From an uncultured virus (IMG/VR IMGVR_UViG_3300046721_000269) (Duplodnaviria > Heunggongvirae > Uroviricota > Caudoviricetes), in the IMG/VR virus record IMGVR_UViG_3300046721_000269: a DNA stretch of 64,000 bases; one strand, 5' to 3'. The notes below the pieces were generated by a model. It did no database searches, was not told the origin of the DNA, and saw only the letters and a list, made by a program, of their open reading frames with translations. A program made the position numbers and the translations under genes. Each line of letters opens with the position of its first letter. The stretch's first letter is position 1. Shown in pieces: positions 27,297 through 36,153 of the stretch.

Positions 27297-29947
27297 TCCG
27301 CTTTTTGCTTCCGCTCCTGTTCTGCGTGCGGGTCCTGGGCGCTGGCTTCACCGAAAGCATACCGTTCAAGGCTCAGGCCAGCAGTGAATCTTTGCTCGGG
27401 GGACTCGTCGGCGCGTGGAGCTTCGACGAAGGCGTAGCAAGCGGGGACAGGACCAACTCGCTCAACAGCACGCTCACCCTGAAAGACGTCAACAGCAACG
27501 TGCCGGCAATCGCGGGTCAGTTTCAAGGGGCGGCAGATTTCAGCGCAGACTCGGGGCTTCGTGGGCCTTTGACCAACAATCTTGCTGCTACGCTCGGGAC
27601 CGGATCCTTCAGCTTTGCCTTGTGGTATATCGTTCAAAACTCAGTCACGATGATCGGGCAGGCATCACCCTCCGATCAATTCGCAGGAGACTATCGATGG
27701 GGTCAGGCCAATAATTGGCAGGTGTGGAAACCCGACAGGACGAGTGCGACCCTCGCCCCCGATTTGCCCTCTGACGTATCAAGCCATTGGCAATTTGTCG
27801 TTTTCGGATACGACCAGGCCAATGCGCAGATCTTCATTTACACCAACAATGGGCCGAAGCTGACGGCTTCGCTCGTTGGAACGCGCGCCAATGCCACTAA
27901 TTTCAATATCTTTTGGCAGTCAGGATTTGTTGACGAGCTTTACTGCTGGAACAGGGCATTGACGACCGCCGAAGTCGGTCGGCTCTGGAACAGTGGGCTT
28001 GGCCTGAAGTATCCGTTCACCACGGGGCTAAATTCCGCAAGCGGGGCAAACGTGGCCAGCAACTTCCAATGGAATGTTCTGTATAACGGTGGGGCGCTAC
28101 CGTCCAACAGCACGAGCAACGCCATTAGCATTCTGGCCGACAGCCTTCAGTCACACGGCTTGTGGACAAACATTTATTTCGCCTTGCCATTCGCGCCTGA
28201 CAGCGTGATTGCCGCCAAGACCCCGATCAAGTGGTGGAGCCGCGCTGATGGAAACGGAGGAACAGTAGCTGAAGGGATGCCTCAAAGGAAATCTACGGCT
28301 GGCAATCAAACCGATTTTGTGTCCGGAGACTTGAGCGTTAACGGACTTGCCGGCAGCGGGAATGTCGGCAATGACACCAAGTTTCTCGTTTCAACATTTC
28401 CCGGCAATGACGCCAGCTCGCTAAATGCCGTAAGTCATGCTCAGGCGGTTTACGTCTCTAGCACGAATGGCGGTGGTTACGATTTGGGAGTGTTTGGATT
28501 CGGAAATCCGAATGGAAGGGGTTTTTGGATAGGCGCCCGAAACGGGGTTAATTCGGAAGGATTGGACGGTAATTTCTCAGGTAACGTAATCTCTGTTGCG
28601 TCATCGGGAGCGGGCTTCTATGTCAACTCGCGGACTTCTTCAACCGATCACCGGCTTTATTTTGCAAACACCCTCACCCCATTTGCGCAAATCGGGAGCA
28701 CGGACTCGACGGCGTACAGCACCGCTTTTGGAATACAAGTCACATGGCTTACTGAGAACGACGCTAATGCAGGCCCGTTTGCCCATGCGACCGCGGACAC
28801 GTTGTCTTGGGGCAGCTTGCACACTGCCGGATTGTCGAGTGGTGACGCTCAAACACTGTTCAACGATGTTCAAACTTTCCGGATTAACGCGGGCGGCGGT
28901 TTTGCGCCAACTCTGGCAACAGTGACAAACACGCCCGCGGTCATCGGCAACAGCGCGACGATCAAAGTCACCACAAGCCTGTCCAGTCCAACCTATCAAT
29001 GGAAAGTGAACGGGACCGCGATCGCCGGGGCGACTCAATCGTCTTACACGATTGGCACCGTGGCGCTTTCTGACTTCGGAGACTACGTCTGTGCGGTGAC
29101 TTCTGGCGGGCTTACCTATCCGTCCACGCCTGGGCAGGTTGCCACGGTTACGACAACGGTGGTGAGCAACTGGGTTCTGTGCGCGGAGAACGTCAACAAC
29201 AACGGCGCGACGGTTTCCTCAAACACGATTTGGGCGGTGGACCAGTTTTGGAACGGGATGGTCACGGACGGCAGCAGCTCCAAGTATCAAGCAATCAACT
29301 GCTACGTTCCTGACAGCTTTGCGGCGGCATTGACTCCGCTAATCACTGTCTCGGGGGCACCCTACCTCTGGATCAATCACGGGTTCACCAGCGGGCAACT
29401 GACCGTCAACGGTTTGATCAACAGCGGCAGCGAATACCTGGATACCGGAGTAACGGACAGCGCGGCTTTCAGCTCGGTCAACGATATTGGTTTTACCATC
29501 TATTTTTTCGCGACGCCAAGCGACACCGGATTGATCGGCATCATCACCCCGGATTTCTCGGGCGGTTACATGCTCAACCCCAACCGGAGCGGCAACGCAC
29601 AGTGGTATGATTACGGTCCGTCAACTGGCGGAGCCGGCAACCTTCACGTCACGTCTCCCGGAGCTGGCTATTATTGCGGCACGCGAACGGCCTCCAACGC
29701 GGAAGCGTTTTATTTCGCCAACAGCACGAGCGCGCACGCGGCGCTGGCGACCGGATCGGTTGCCCCAGGGGAATCGTTGACTGGCCAGAACATTTATATT
29801 TTCAACGCCTCCGGATTGACCATCACCGTCACAGGCAAGAGGATTTCCTACACGTCCATCTCAAAGGGCGTGACGAGTACCGATAGCAGCAACCAATACA
29901 GCCGGGTACGCACTCTTAGGCTGGCGCTCGGCGGAGGTTCGCTGTAA
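27293..29947 (+). CDS. exported LamG-like + Ig-domain protein with internal duplication (adhesin / receptor-binding candidate)
   Basis: signal peptide; LVGAWSFDE...DELYCWNRALT.AEV..LWN; YQWKVNG..IAGAT...D.GDY.C.VT; two homologous ~270 aa units. Confidence 0.75.
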   Translation: MIRFLLPLLFCVRVLGAGFTESIPFKAQASSESLLGGLVGAWSFDEGVASGDRTNSLNSTLTLKDVNSNVPAIAGQFQGAADFSADSGLRGPLTNNLAATLGTGSFSFALWYIVQNSVTMIGQASPSDQFAGDYRWGQANNWQVWKPDRTSATLAPDLPSDVSSHWQFVVFGYDQANAQIFIYTNNGPKLTASLVGTRANATNFNIFWQSGFVDELYCWNRALTTAEVGRLWNSGLGLKYPFTTGLNSASGANVASNFQWNVLYNGGALPSNSTSNAISILADSLQSHGLWTNIYFALPFAPDSVIAAKTPIKWWSRADGNGGTVAEGMPQRKSTAGNQTDFVSGDLSVNGLAGSGNVGNDTKFLVSTFPGNDASSLNAVSHAQAVYVSSTNGGGYDLGVFGFGNPNGRGFWIGARNGVNSEGLDGNFSGNVISVASSGAGFYVNSRTSSTDHRLYFANTLTPFAQIGSTDSTAYSTAFGIQVTWLTENDANAGPFAHATADTLSWGSLHTAGLSSGDAQTLFNDVQTFRINAGGGFAPTLATVTNTPAVIGNSATIKVTTSLSSPTYQWKVNGTAIAGATQSSYTIGTVALSDFGDYVCAVTSGGLTYPSTPGQVATVTTTVVSNWVLCAENVNNNGATVSSNTIWAVDQFWNGMVTDGSSSKYQAINCYVPDSFAAALTPLITVSGAPYLWINHGFTSGQLTVNGLINSGSEYLDTGVTDSAAFSSVNDIGFTIYFFATPSDTGLIGIITPDFSGGYMLNPNRSGNAQWYDYGPSTGGAGNLHVTSPGAGYYCGTRTASNAEAFYFANSTSAHAALATGSVAPGESLTGQNIYIFNASGLTITVTGKRISYTSISKGVTSTDSSNQYSRVRTLRLALGGGSL

Positions 29948-30011
29948 GTGCGGGACAGATAGGGAACAATGACTTGGCGGGCAGGCCATGTTGCACAGAG
30001 CACCACATACC

Positions 30012-30842
30012 ATGTTGAAGTTGATCTATCCAGCCATCACAGGCTTGGCGATATTTGCGGCCCAGGTGCTGGACGAGAAGGCAACGGTCCCGCTTTACAC
30101 TGCCGGCAGCATAATTTGCAGCCTTCTGATATTCACCATTACCACGACTCGGAAGTTGCAGAAATTCATCGATCGCCTGGAGGCTGTTGAGCAGGGGGAC
30201 AAGGAGGTAAAAACCGACATCGAGAGCATCAAGCGCGATATGGCTCTCAAGACTGACATCGATAGCGTCCGCCGCGAAGTGATCGAGATGACCGCGCAAG
30301 TGGCCCAACTGCGAGCGGCGACCGCGGACCTCCGAACCGAAACGTCAGAGCTAAAGGGCAAGGTCGACGATTTCAGGAGCGACCGCGAGGCCGACATGGA
30401 GCACCTGAGGGTTCAAATGCGGACCGATTCGATGATGCAACCGGTATCCGAGGAAACGGGCATGAGAATTTTGATGATCGACGACAACGACCAGGACATT
30501 CAGATATTGCGGCGCCGGATGTCTCCGACCTTCATTCTCGAATCGGCTGAAACGCTGAGGGAGGGGACCTCGAAGCTCAAACGCCTGCACTACGATGCTG
30601 TGTTTCTCGACCTGAAACTCCCCGACGCCAGGTATAACCGCACGGTCGAGGACTTTGTCGCAGACAACCCTGGCATGCTGGTTATCGTCCTTACGGGCTC
30701 CAACGACGAGGCAACAACCAAACGCTGCTTTGATCAGGGCGCTGATGGCGTTTGGATTAAGGGTATCGATGACGTCGACATCCGTGTGATTTCTCGGAGG
30801 CTCAAGGAGGCAATCTGGCGACGGAGGACAAACTCGAAGTGA
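30012..30842 (+). CDS. membrane-anchored coiled-coil protein with C-terminal receiver (REC) domain
   Basis: two hydrophobic segments, heptads, RILMIDD...FLDLKLPD...VLTG...GADG..IK. Confidence 0.75.
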   Translation: MLKLIYPAITGLAIFAAQVLDEKATVPLYTAGSIICSLLIFTITTTRKLQKFIDRLEAVEQGDKEVKTDIESIKRDMALKTDIDSVRREVIEMTAQVAQLRAATADLRTETSELKGKVDDFRSDREADMEHLRVQMRTDSMMQPVSEETGMRILMIDDNDQDIQILRRRMSPTFILESAETLREGTSKLKRLHYDAVFLDLKLPDARYNRTVEDFVADNPGMLVIVLTGSNDEATTKRCFDQGADGVWIKGIDDVDIRVISRRLKEAIWRRRTNSK

Positions 30843-31594
30843 TATGCCCGACGTGCGGCAACCCCCTCCGGACCTGCAAACGCCGCGAACGGCTGGATGG
30901 CAATGGGTTTGTAATGCAAACCTACTGCACGGTCTGCAACAACCTCAAGCGGCGGCTGACCTACAAGAGCCAGCGAAAGAATCCCCCATCGAATAACATG
31001 CCCGCGGTCCACGGGCGCCGGCAGCGCGCACGGCTGGATGACTACTACGTCAGATTCACGCTGAGCCAGGGGACCAGTATTCCACCAAAGGCTTGGCCTC
31101 CGGAGCTGGTTCAGTTAAAACGGGCGCAACTATTACTAAAACGAGCATCGACAAATGAGACAATTAAGCGAAAAGCAGCTACGGATCGCGGTGATGCTGG
31201 CCGAGGGGCTTCAGCACAAGGAGATAGCCCTAAAGATGGGGTCCAACACCAAAACGATCGAGTCATACATTTACGGCAACGGGGACCCGGCAAAAGGAAT
31301 CGAGGGAATCCTCGGAGTCAGCGGTCGGGCAGGGATTGTGAAGTGGGCGCTCGAGCAAGGCCTTCTCAAAAACAAAGCGCTGGCATCGCCCCCGTTCAAG
31401 ATCCAGATCGAAGGCACACCCCAGCTCGCAAAGGCGTTAATGAAGTGCGCCGAGGATGCAGCCAACGGGAGGGCCGAACCGATGCAGGTGAACGCACTTT
31501 GCTCGGCCACTCAGGCGTTTATCAACCTGGCCCGCTTGCAAATGGAAGTGATCGAGCGCAAGCAAGACTTGCCGTGGCTACTGGGATAGCGTAA
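30839..31594 (+). CDS. zinc-finger phage protein (PELxxLKR motif); 3' half overlaps the LuxR-type gene
   Basis: CPTC...CTVC, LDDYYV...PPELVQLKRAQLLLKR. Confidence 0.55.
   Translation: MICPTCGNPLRTCKRRERLDGNGFVMQTYCTVCNNLKRRLTYKSQRKNPPSNNMPAVHGRRQRARLDDYYVRFTLSQGTSIPPKAWPPELVQLKRAQLLLKRASTNETIKRKAATDRGDAGRGASAQGDSPKDGVQHQNDRVIHLRQRGPGKRNRGNPRSQRSGRDCEVGARARPSQKQSAGIAPVQDPDRRHTPARKGVNEVRRGCSQREGRTDAGERTLLGHSGVYQPGPLANGSDRAQARLAVATGIA
31155..31589 (+). CDS. LuxR-type HTH regulator with C-terminal helical domain
   Basis: LSEKQLRIAVMLAEGLQHKEIALKMGSNTKTIESY. Confidence 0.75.
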   Translation: MRQLSEKQLRIAVMLAEGLQHKEIALKMGSNTKTIESYIYGNGDPAKGIEGILGVSGRAGIVKWALEQGLLKNKALASPPFKIQIEGTPQLAKALMKCAEDAANGRAEPMQVNALCSATQAFINLARLQMEVIERKQDLPWLLG

Positions 31595-31603
31595 ACGGAG
31601 CCT

Positions 31604-32074
31604 ATGAAATGGAAGCTGCTCGCGCCGTTTCGGGGGTTTTCCGGTTTGAAACTGGAAAAAGTAACCCTAATGATCCTGGCGTTGTTCATGGCAGGTTGCC
31701 AAAGCCCGCCTACCCCGAGCGCGCCGCCCCCTCCGCCCCCTCCCCCGACTGCTGCTGCAGTCGTGGAATCTGCCGTTGTGTCTGCTGCAGGCGGGACCTA
31801 TTCCGTTCCTGTGACATGGTTTCCTTACCAGCCACAGAACGCCACGATCCGAGTGTGGATGGGTTCCTCTCCAGGCTCATTCAACTTAGTCGCGCTCCGG
31901 CCTGGATGGTCGAGTAATGCTGTTGTGAGCGGTTTGAAGAAGAACACTCGTTATTATTTCCGACTGACAGCGCTCAGCACTAACAGCCTCGAGAGCGCGC
32001 CGTCAGGCACCGTCTCCTATTCCATCAAAGGCGGGGCAATCGCTGCCGCGCCAGCACCGTCAACCGCTCAATAG
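31604..32074 (+). CDS. lipoprotein with fibronectin type III domain
   Basis: lipobox MAGC; VVSGLKKNTRYYFRLTA...LESAPS. Confidence 0.7.
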   Translation: MKWKLLAPFRGFSGLKLEKVTLMILALFMAGCQSPPTPSAPPPPPPPPTAAAVVESAVVSAAGGTYSVPVTWFPYQPQNATIRVWMGSSPGSFNLVALRPGWSSNAVVSGLKKNTRYYFRLTALSTNSLESAPSGTVSYSIKGGAIAAAPAPSTAQ

Positions 32075-32076
32075 AT

Positions 32077-32661
32077 ATGAAAACACTGCTATCCATCATC
32101 GCACTGATCGCTTTCACGCTCACGGTTAACGCCGTTACTGCAACCCTGGCATGGGATAAGAGTCCGGATCCTACAGTGGTCGGCTACCACTTGTATGAGG
32201 GCGTTGCCAGTCGCACGTACACGAACATGCTGACCGTGACGCCGGCATCAACGACAAACGTAACCGTGGCAAATCTGACGGTAGGGCAAACCTATTTCTT
32301 TGCGGTGACTGCTTACACTGCCACGGGCCTTGAAAGTAAGTATTCCAGTGAAGTCGCTTACAACGCGCCCGCGCCGGTTCCCGTTATCACCGTGCAGCCG
32401 GTGGGCGGCACGAACCAATCCGGGACCAGCTTCACCTTTACCGTTGGGGCAACTGGCGTGAACCTTTCCTACCAGTGGCTGTTTAACGGGACGCCGATTA
32501 CCGGCTCGACCAATAGCGCGCTCACCATCAATCCCGTCACGTACGTCAATAACGGCAGCTACACCGTCACGGTGAGCAACTCGAGCGGGTCAGTGGTGAG
32601 CAATCCCGCCCTCCTGGCTGTAATCCCCTTACCGCCGTCCGGCTTGAAGGTCGGCCCGTAA
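32077..32661 (+). CDS. secreted FN3 + immunoglobulin domain protein
   Basis: signal peptide; LAWD...GY.LY.G...TYFFAVTAY; ITVQP...LSYQW.FNG...GSY.V.VSN. Confidence 0.8.
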   Translation: MKTLLSIIALIAFTLTVNAVTATLAWDKSPDPTVVGYHLYEGVASRTYTNMLTVTPASTTNVTVANLTVGQTYFFAVTAYTATGLESKYSSEVAYNAPAPVPVITVQPVGGTNQSGTSFTFTVGATGVNLSYQWLFNGTPITGSTNSALTINPVTYVNNGSYTVTVSNSSGSVVSNPALLAVIPLPPSGLKVGP

Positions 32662-32705
32662 AATAGGCTTGCAAATCCAGGCGTTGCGGGAGCAAAGTCC
32701 GCCCC

Positions 32706-32927
32706 ATGGTACAAGCATGGAACTGGCTAATCGGGAAGAAGAGTTACATCATCGCCTTTGGTGCAGCTATTTACGGCGCGGGAATTGCAACCAACCTCTG
32801 GCCGCACTCTCAGGCGCTTGATATCTTCCTGGGCAGCGGGGCAGTAGCCAGCCTCCGGCACAGCATCAGCACTACGGCACAACAACAAGAAGCAGTCACA
32901 ATCGCAGAAAGCTCCAAAACTCCATGA
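32706..32927 (+). CDS. small two-TM holin-like protein
   Basis: L.GKKSYI...LG...ASLR.SI pattern; own promoter. Confidence 0.55.
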   Translation: MVQAWNWLIGKKSYIIAFGAAIYGAGIATNLWPHSQALDIFLGSGAVASLRHSISTTAQQQEAVTIAESSKTP

Positions 32928-33406
32928 AAGCACTACGCAGACAGTATTACTTCGCGATGACGGTAGCAGGAGGCCTCCTGGCTTCCCTGGCAGTAATCCC
33001 GCTCCTACCAGGTTGCGCGAGCAGCCTTGACCAGGCCGGCGTGTATGGCTCAGGCGGGAACAGCCCGTTTGGGACCAATGACAATTCCTTCCTGTTCATC
33101 TCCGACAAAACCCTGGTCGACAGCAAGGAGACTCTCACCGCTTTCGTGAACTGGGAGCTTCAAAACCGCCAGGTGCTTGCCAGTGTGGCGCCCAACGTCA
33201 CGGTTGTAGCGGACAACATACGGGACAGCGCCCCACTCTGGTTCACAAACGCCTATATCGCCCGAGCGGCATATATCGCGGCTTTCAAGAGCAATCCCGC
33301 GACCGCGGGCGCTAAGAGCAACGCCTTTGCGGCCTCGGTTAGTTCTATTTCGGCTCAGTCCCTCGCAACGTCCGCACTCACCAACTCGGTTAAACTGCAT
33401 CCATAA
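32924..33406 (+). CDS. lipoprotein (possible spanin-like)
   Basis: lipobox LLPGC after hydrophobic stretch; helical Ala-rich body. Confidence 0.6.
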   Translation: MKALRRQYYFAMTVAGGLLASLAVIPLLPGCASSLDQAGVYGSGGNSPFGTNDNSFLFISDKTLVDSKETLTAFVNWELQNRQVLASVAPNVTVVADNIRDSAPLWFTNAYIARAAYIAAFKSNPATAGAKSNAFAASVSSISAQSLATSALTNSVKLHP

Positions 33407-33738
33407 TGAACACGATTCAGACAATCCAGCTCGACGCAGGAGAATTCCTGCAATTCATTGACGGAGTGCTCACGCCCCTGGAGCAGGCCATCCCGGCCGT
33501 AGCACAGGTCGGCGGACCGATCGGGCTCGCGACGAGTGCAGCCGCTGCCATTCTCCCTCTCCTCTCCAAGATCCCGATTGGGGAAGTCTACACGGTCGAA
33601 CAGCAGCAGAGCATCCTTGACCGCGTTCAGGCGCTAAACCTGCTCGACTTCAGCGCCCCAGGCTGGCAACGGAGCGTTCCGAAGGCGACGACGCCCCCGA
33701 CGACGCCCCCGACGACAACGACGCCCCCGGCCGTGTGA
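33406..33738 (+). CDS. hypothetical amphipathic protein with TTPP repeat tail
   Basis: 110 aa, TAATG coupling; 12-bp repeats near 33686-33730. Confidence 0.6.
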   Translation: MNTIQTIQLDAGEFLQFIDGVLTPLEQAIPAVAQVGGPIGLATSAAAAILPLLSKIPIGEVYTVEQQQSILDRVQALNLLDFSAPGWQRSVPKATTPPTTPPTTTTPPAV

Positions 33739-34115
33739 CGCTCGAACAGGTCCTTCGCAAAACCCCGCCGGCCAAGTGCCGAATACTCGCGAGACGCGCC
33801 AAAAGGTTCGTCTCGAACGCAGATATCGCACGGGCCACGGGGTTATCCCGTTCGATGGTGAACAAGATCAACCATCAGCGGAACTGGCTCAATTTGAAGG
33901 TAAGGGACGTCATCGCCTACTCGGAGGCGCTCGGGATCAACCTCCTGGCGCCATCATCTCGGCGTGATAGGAGACTTATCAAGGCCGGCAAGCTCGCCTT
34001 CATGATGAAGGCCTCACCAGCGCAAAGGCGCATGTGTGCTCGCTTACTGGGTGAGCTCGGTCGACCATACGATTACGGAAGCGGTCCCCGTGATTCACGC
34101 GGCCTACTCGAATAG
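33735..34115 (+). CDS. XRE-like HTH protein
   Basis: SNADIARATGLSRSMVNKI. Confidence 0.6.
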   Translation: MTLEQVLRKTPPAKCRILARRAKRFVSNADIARATGLSRSMVNKINHQRNWLNLKVRDVIAYSEALGINLLAPSSRRDRRLIKAGKLAFMMKASPAQRRMCARLLGELGRPYDYGSGPRDSRGLLE

Positions 34116-34171
34116 TTCTAGCCGTTCGGGTGGGAGAAGGGCCGAATGGCCTGGCAAGGACCGCTCCCCCT

Positions 34172-35740
34172 CTACAACGAGGCGATAAGGCCCCCGGATG
34201 ATGAGCGGGACCCTTCATTCCCGATGCTTCCGAGCTCGAGCTCTTCAGCCATCTCCATCAGTAGGGCGTAGGTAAGCGCGTCGAAAATATGCTTGTTCTC
34301 GTTGTGAACAACGTAGTCCAGGCTGGATCCGCCACTCCCCTTCTTGAGCTCCTTCAACATCCGGATGACCCCGCGGCAGTGGGCGGAGATATGGAATCGG
34401 TTATTGTGCAGCAGGTTTTTCAGGAGCTGCACCCTGGTACGGACGGAGCCGGCGGGCTTTGGCGCCCCGCGGAGGAAGATCCGCTTTTGGCTGGCCGCGT
34501 AGACCTCAAGGTAAGGGTAGGTATCCCCCGTGGCTGAGTATTTTTCGATGCTCGAGCGGTCGGACCAGGCGCGCTCAAGGTCGAACTTTTTGCCGGCATG
34601 AGCCTCGAGGCCCTCAACCTTCTCCATAACGGCCAGGGTGAAATCCTCGTTGCTGACTTCCTCCCCGAGGACCTCGACCTCGTCCAGGACGATAAAATGA
34701 GCTTTCCCGTTGACGTACTGGCGCTCAAGTGTGACCTGCGCATGCCACGTATCCCCCATGTCCCAACCGGTCACGAGCTCAAAGCAATTCGGGGAGGGAT
34801 TAGCGACAATCCATTCCTCCTCGGAGCCTTCGGTGGACCCGATCACGTGCTTACTGGGGTGGAAGTGCTTTTTGAAGTGGACCGACGTGTCTCCATCGCC
34901 ATAGACCCATTTGCCCTCGACGTAGCGCGCGTACAGGCCCTCGTCATAAGCGTAGGTTGTCTTTAGCTCATCCAGCTCCCGCGGATCCAGGAACTCGTTT
35001 TCTTCCGGCTTGATTTGGACCAGCCCCAGGCCGGCCTGGAAATTAAGGAAGAGCTGCTCGGGAAGGCTCGGTCTGCCGCGTTCCTTGCACCGGTCGGAGT
35101 ATGCCTGATAGCTGAGGTTTTTCTCCACATACCAAACCTCGTAGATCCAGGACGCATCTCCCTCCTCGCTCGGGTTCGTGTCGGCAAGCCATTGCTGCTC
35201 CTCCATCATCAGGTGAGGCATACGCAGTGATGGCAGGGCGACCGAGAGGATCTTGCGGTCCCGGAATTTGGACAGCTCGGAGAAGTAAATCATCGAGAAA
35301 CGCTGCTCCTTCAGCTTGTCCTCGATATCCGGATCGTAGTCCAAGCTGAAGAGCATCAGCTCAGATTGCCCGCCGTGCGCGTTCCTTATCCGGAAGTATG
35401 GGGTCCGGGTCTGACCGTCGACTTTCGGGCCCGGGACGCCTTCCGCGCTGCGCGTTGTGTAGCGCAACCCGATTTTGGCCTTAATCCACTCCGGCAAAAC
35501 AATCGTGTGAAGGTCTGACCAGGTCCCGCCCTCCTTTGAATTCTTGAGTGTGCGCGAAAACATCGCCACTCGGGCACCCCTGGTTTCCCAAAGGTGACGG
35601 ACTATTTTATGCAGGACAGCCCAGGTTTTACCGCTCTTTCTCGGACCGTCGACCAGGAGGGCGCGGGCCATGGAATTGAACACCATGAGCTGCTTCGCGA
35701 ACAAGTTTGGATACCAGCGACCGGTAGCGTCTATAGGCAT
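34172..35740 (-). CDS. terL: terminase large subunit
   Basis: GPRKSGKT, YFSEL (atypical Walker B), DTNP, RYVEGKWV, GWDMG, HIFDALTY. Confidence 0.85.
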   Translation of the reverse strand: MPIDATGRWYPNLFAKQLMVFNSMARALLVDGPRKSGKTWAVLHKIVRHLWETRGARVAMFSRTLKNSKEGGTWSDLHTIVLPEWIKAKIGLRYTTRSAEGVPGPKVDGQTRTPYFRIRNAHGGQSELMLFSLDYDPDIEDKLKEQRFSMIYFSELSKFRDRKILSVALPSLRMPHLMMEEQQWLADTNPSEEGDASWIYEVWYVEKNLSYQAYSDRCKERGRPSLPEQLFLNFQAGLGLVQIKPEENEFLDPRELDELKTTYAYDEGLYARYVEGKWVYGDGDTSVHFKKHFHPSKHVIGSTEGSEEEWIVANPSPNCFELVTGWDMGDTWHAQVTLERQYVNGKAHFIVLDEVEVLGEEVSNEDFTLAVMEKVEGLEAHAGKKFDLERAWSDRSSIEKYSATGDTYPYLEVYAASQKRIFLRGAPKPAGSVRTRVQLLKNLLHNNRFHISAHCRGVIRMLKELKKGSGGSSLDYVVHNENKHIFDALTYALLMEMAEELELGSIGNEGSRSSSGGLIASL

Positions 35741-35784
35741 GGCCCCAAAATTGTCTTGTATTCGGAGAGTCTCAAGGCTAAAGC
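35741..35784. promoter_or_regulatory. overlapping divergent promoters for terL and the portal operon
   Basis: minus TTGAGA-16-CAATTT-7-ATG; plus TTGTAT-17-TAAAGC. Confidence 0.55.
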
Positions 35785-35802
35785 CTGCTCCCGAGCGATG
35801 CT

Positions 35803-36153
35803 ATGAGCAAACAACCGATAGCCGAAATACGACTGCCCGCACACCATCCCGCGTTCAACGACCACGACGAGGATGATCAATACGTCATCCACGCCCACAT
35901 GCGGCCCAAGCCCAAGAAAATGGCCGGCGGAGGGATGGTGGGGGAAATGAACGAAATGCCAGCGGATGCCCTTGCTGCAGGCGAAAGGCCGATGCCGCTT
36001 GAGCACGTGCTCCACGTGACGCAAATCGAGAAGTCCCCCAAAGCACAGGGCGGTTCCAACAAGAGGCCGACCACGCCGACGCCGGCGAGGAACCCGATTA
36101 AGGCACTCAAGGAACGCCAAACGGCAGAAGCCAATACGCGCCAAGTCACGTGA
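35803..36153 (+). CDS. small late protein with KMAGGG tag
   Basis: 116 aa, GTGA overlap with portal. Confidence 0.6.
   Translation: MSKQPIAEIRLPAHHPAFNDHDEDDQYVIHAHMRPKPKKMAGGGMVGEMNEMPADALAAGERPMPLEHVLHVTQIEKSPKAQGGSNKRPTTPTPARNPIKALKERQTAEANTRQVT

Noticed and set aside
27293..29947. Diversity-generating retroelement target
   Set aside because: Internal duplication is highly diverged, no near-identical template repeat and no reverse transcriptase seen
31155..31594. C-terminal extension of ORF 30839 as a functional dual-coding region
   Set aside because: Extension is motif-free; more likely read-through over the LuxR gene
33686..33730. 12-bp tandem repeat
   Set aside because: Simply encodes a TTPP low-complexity tail
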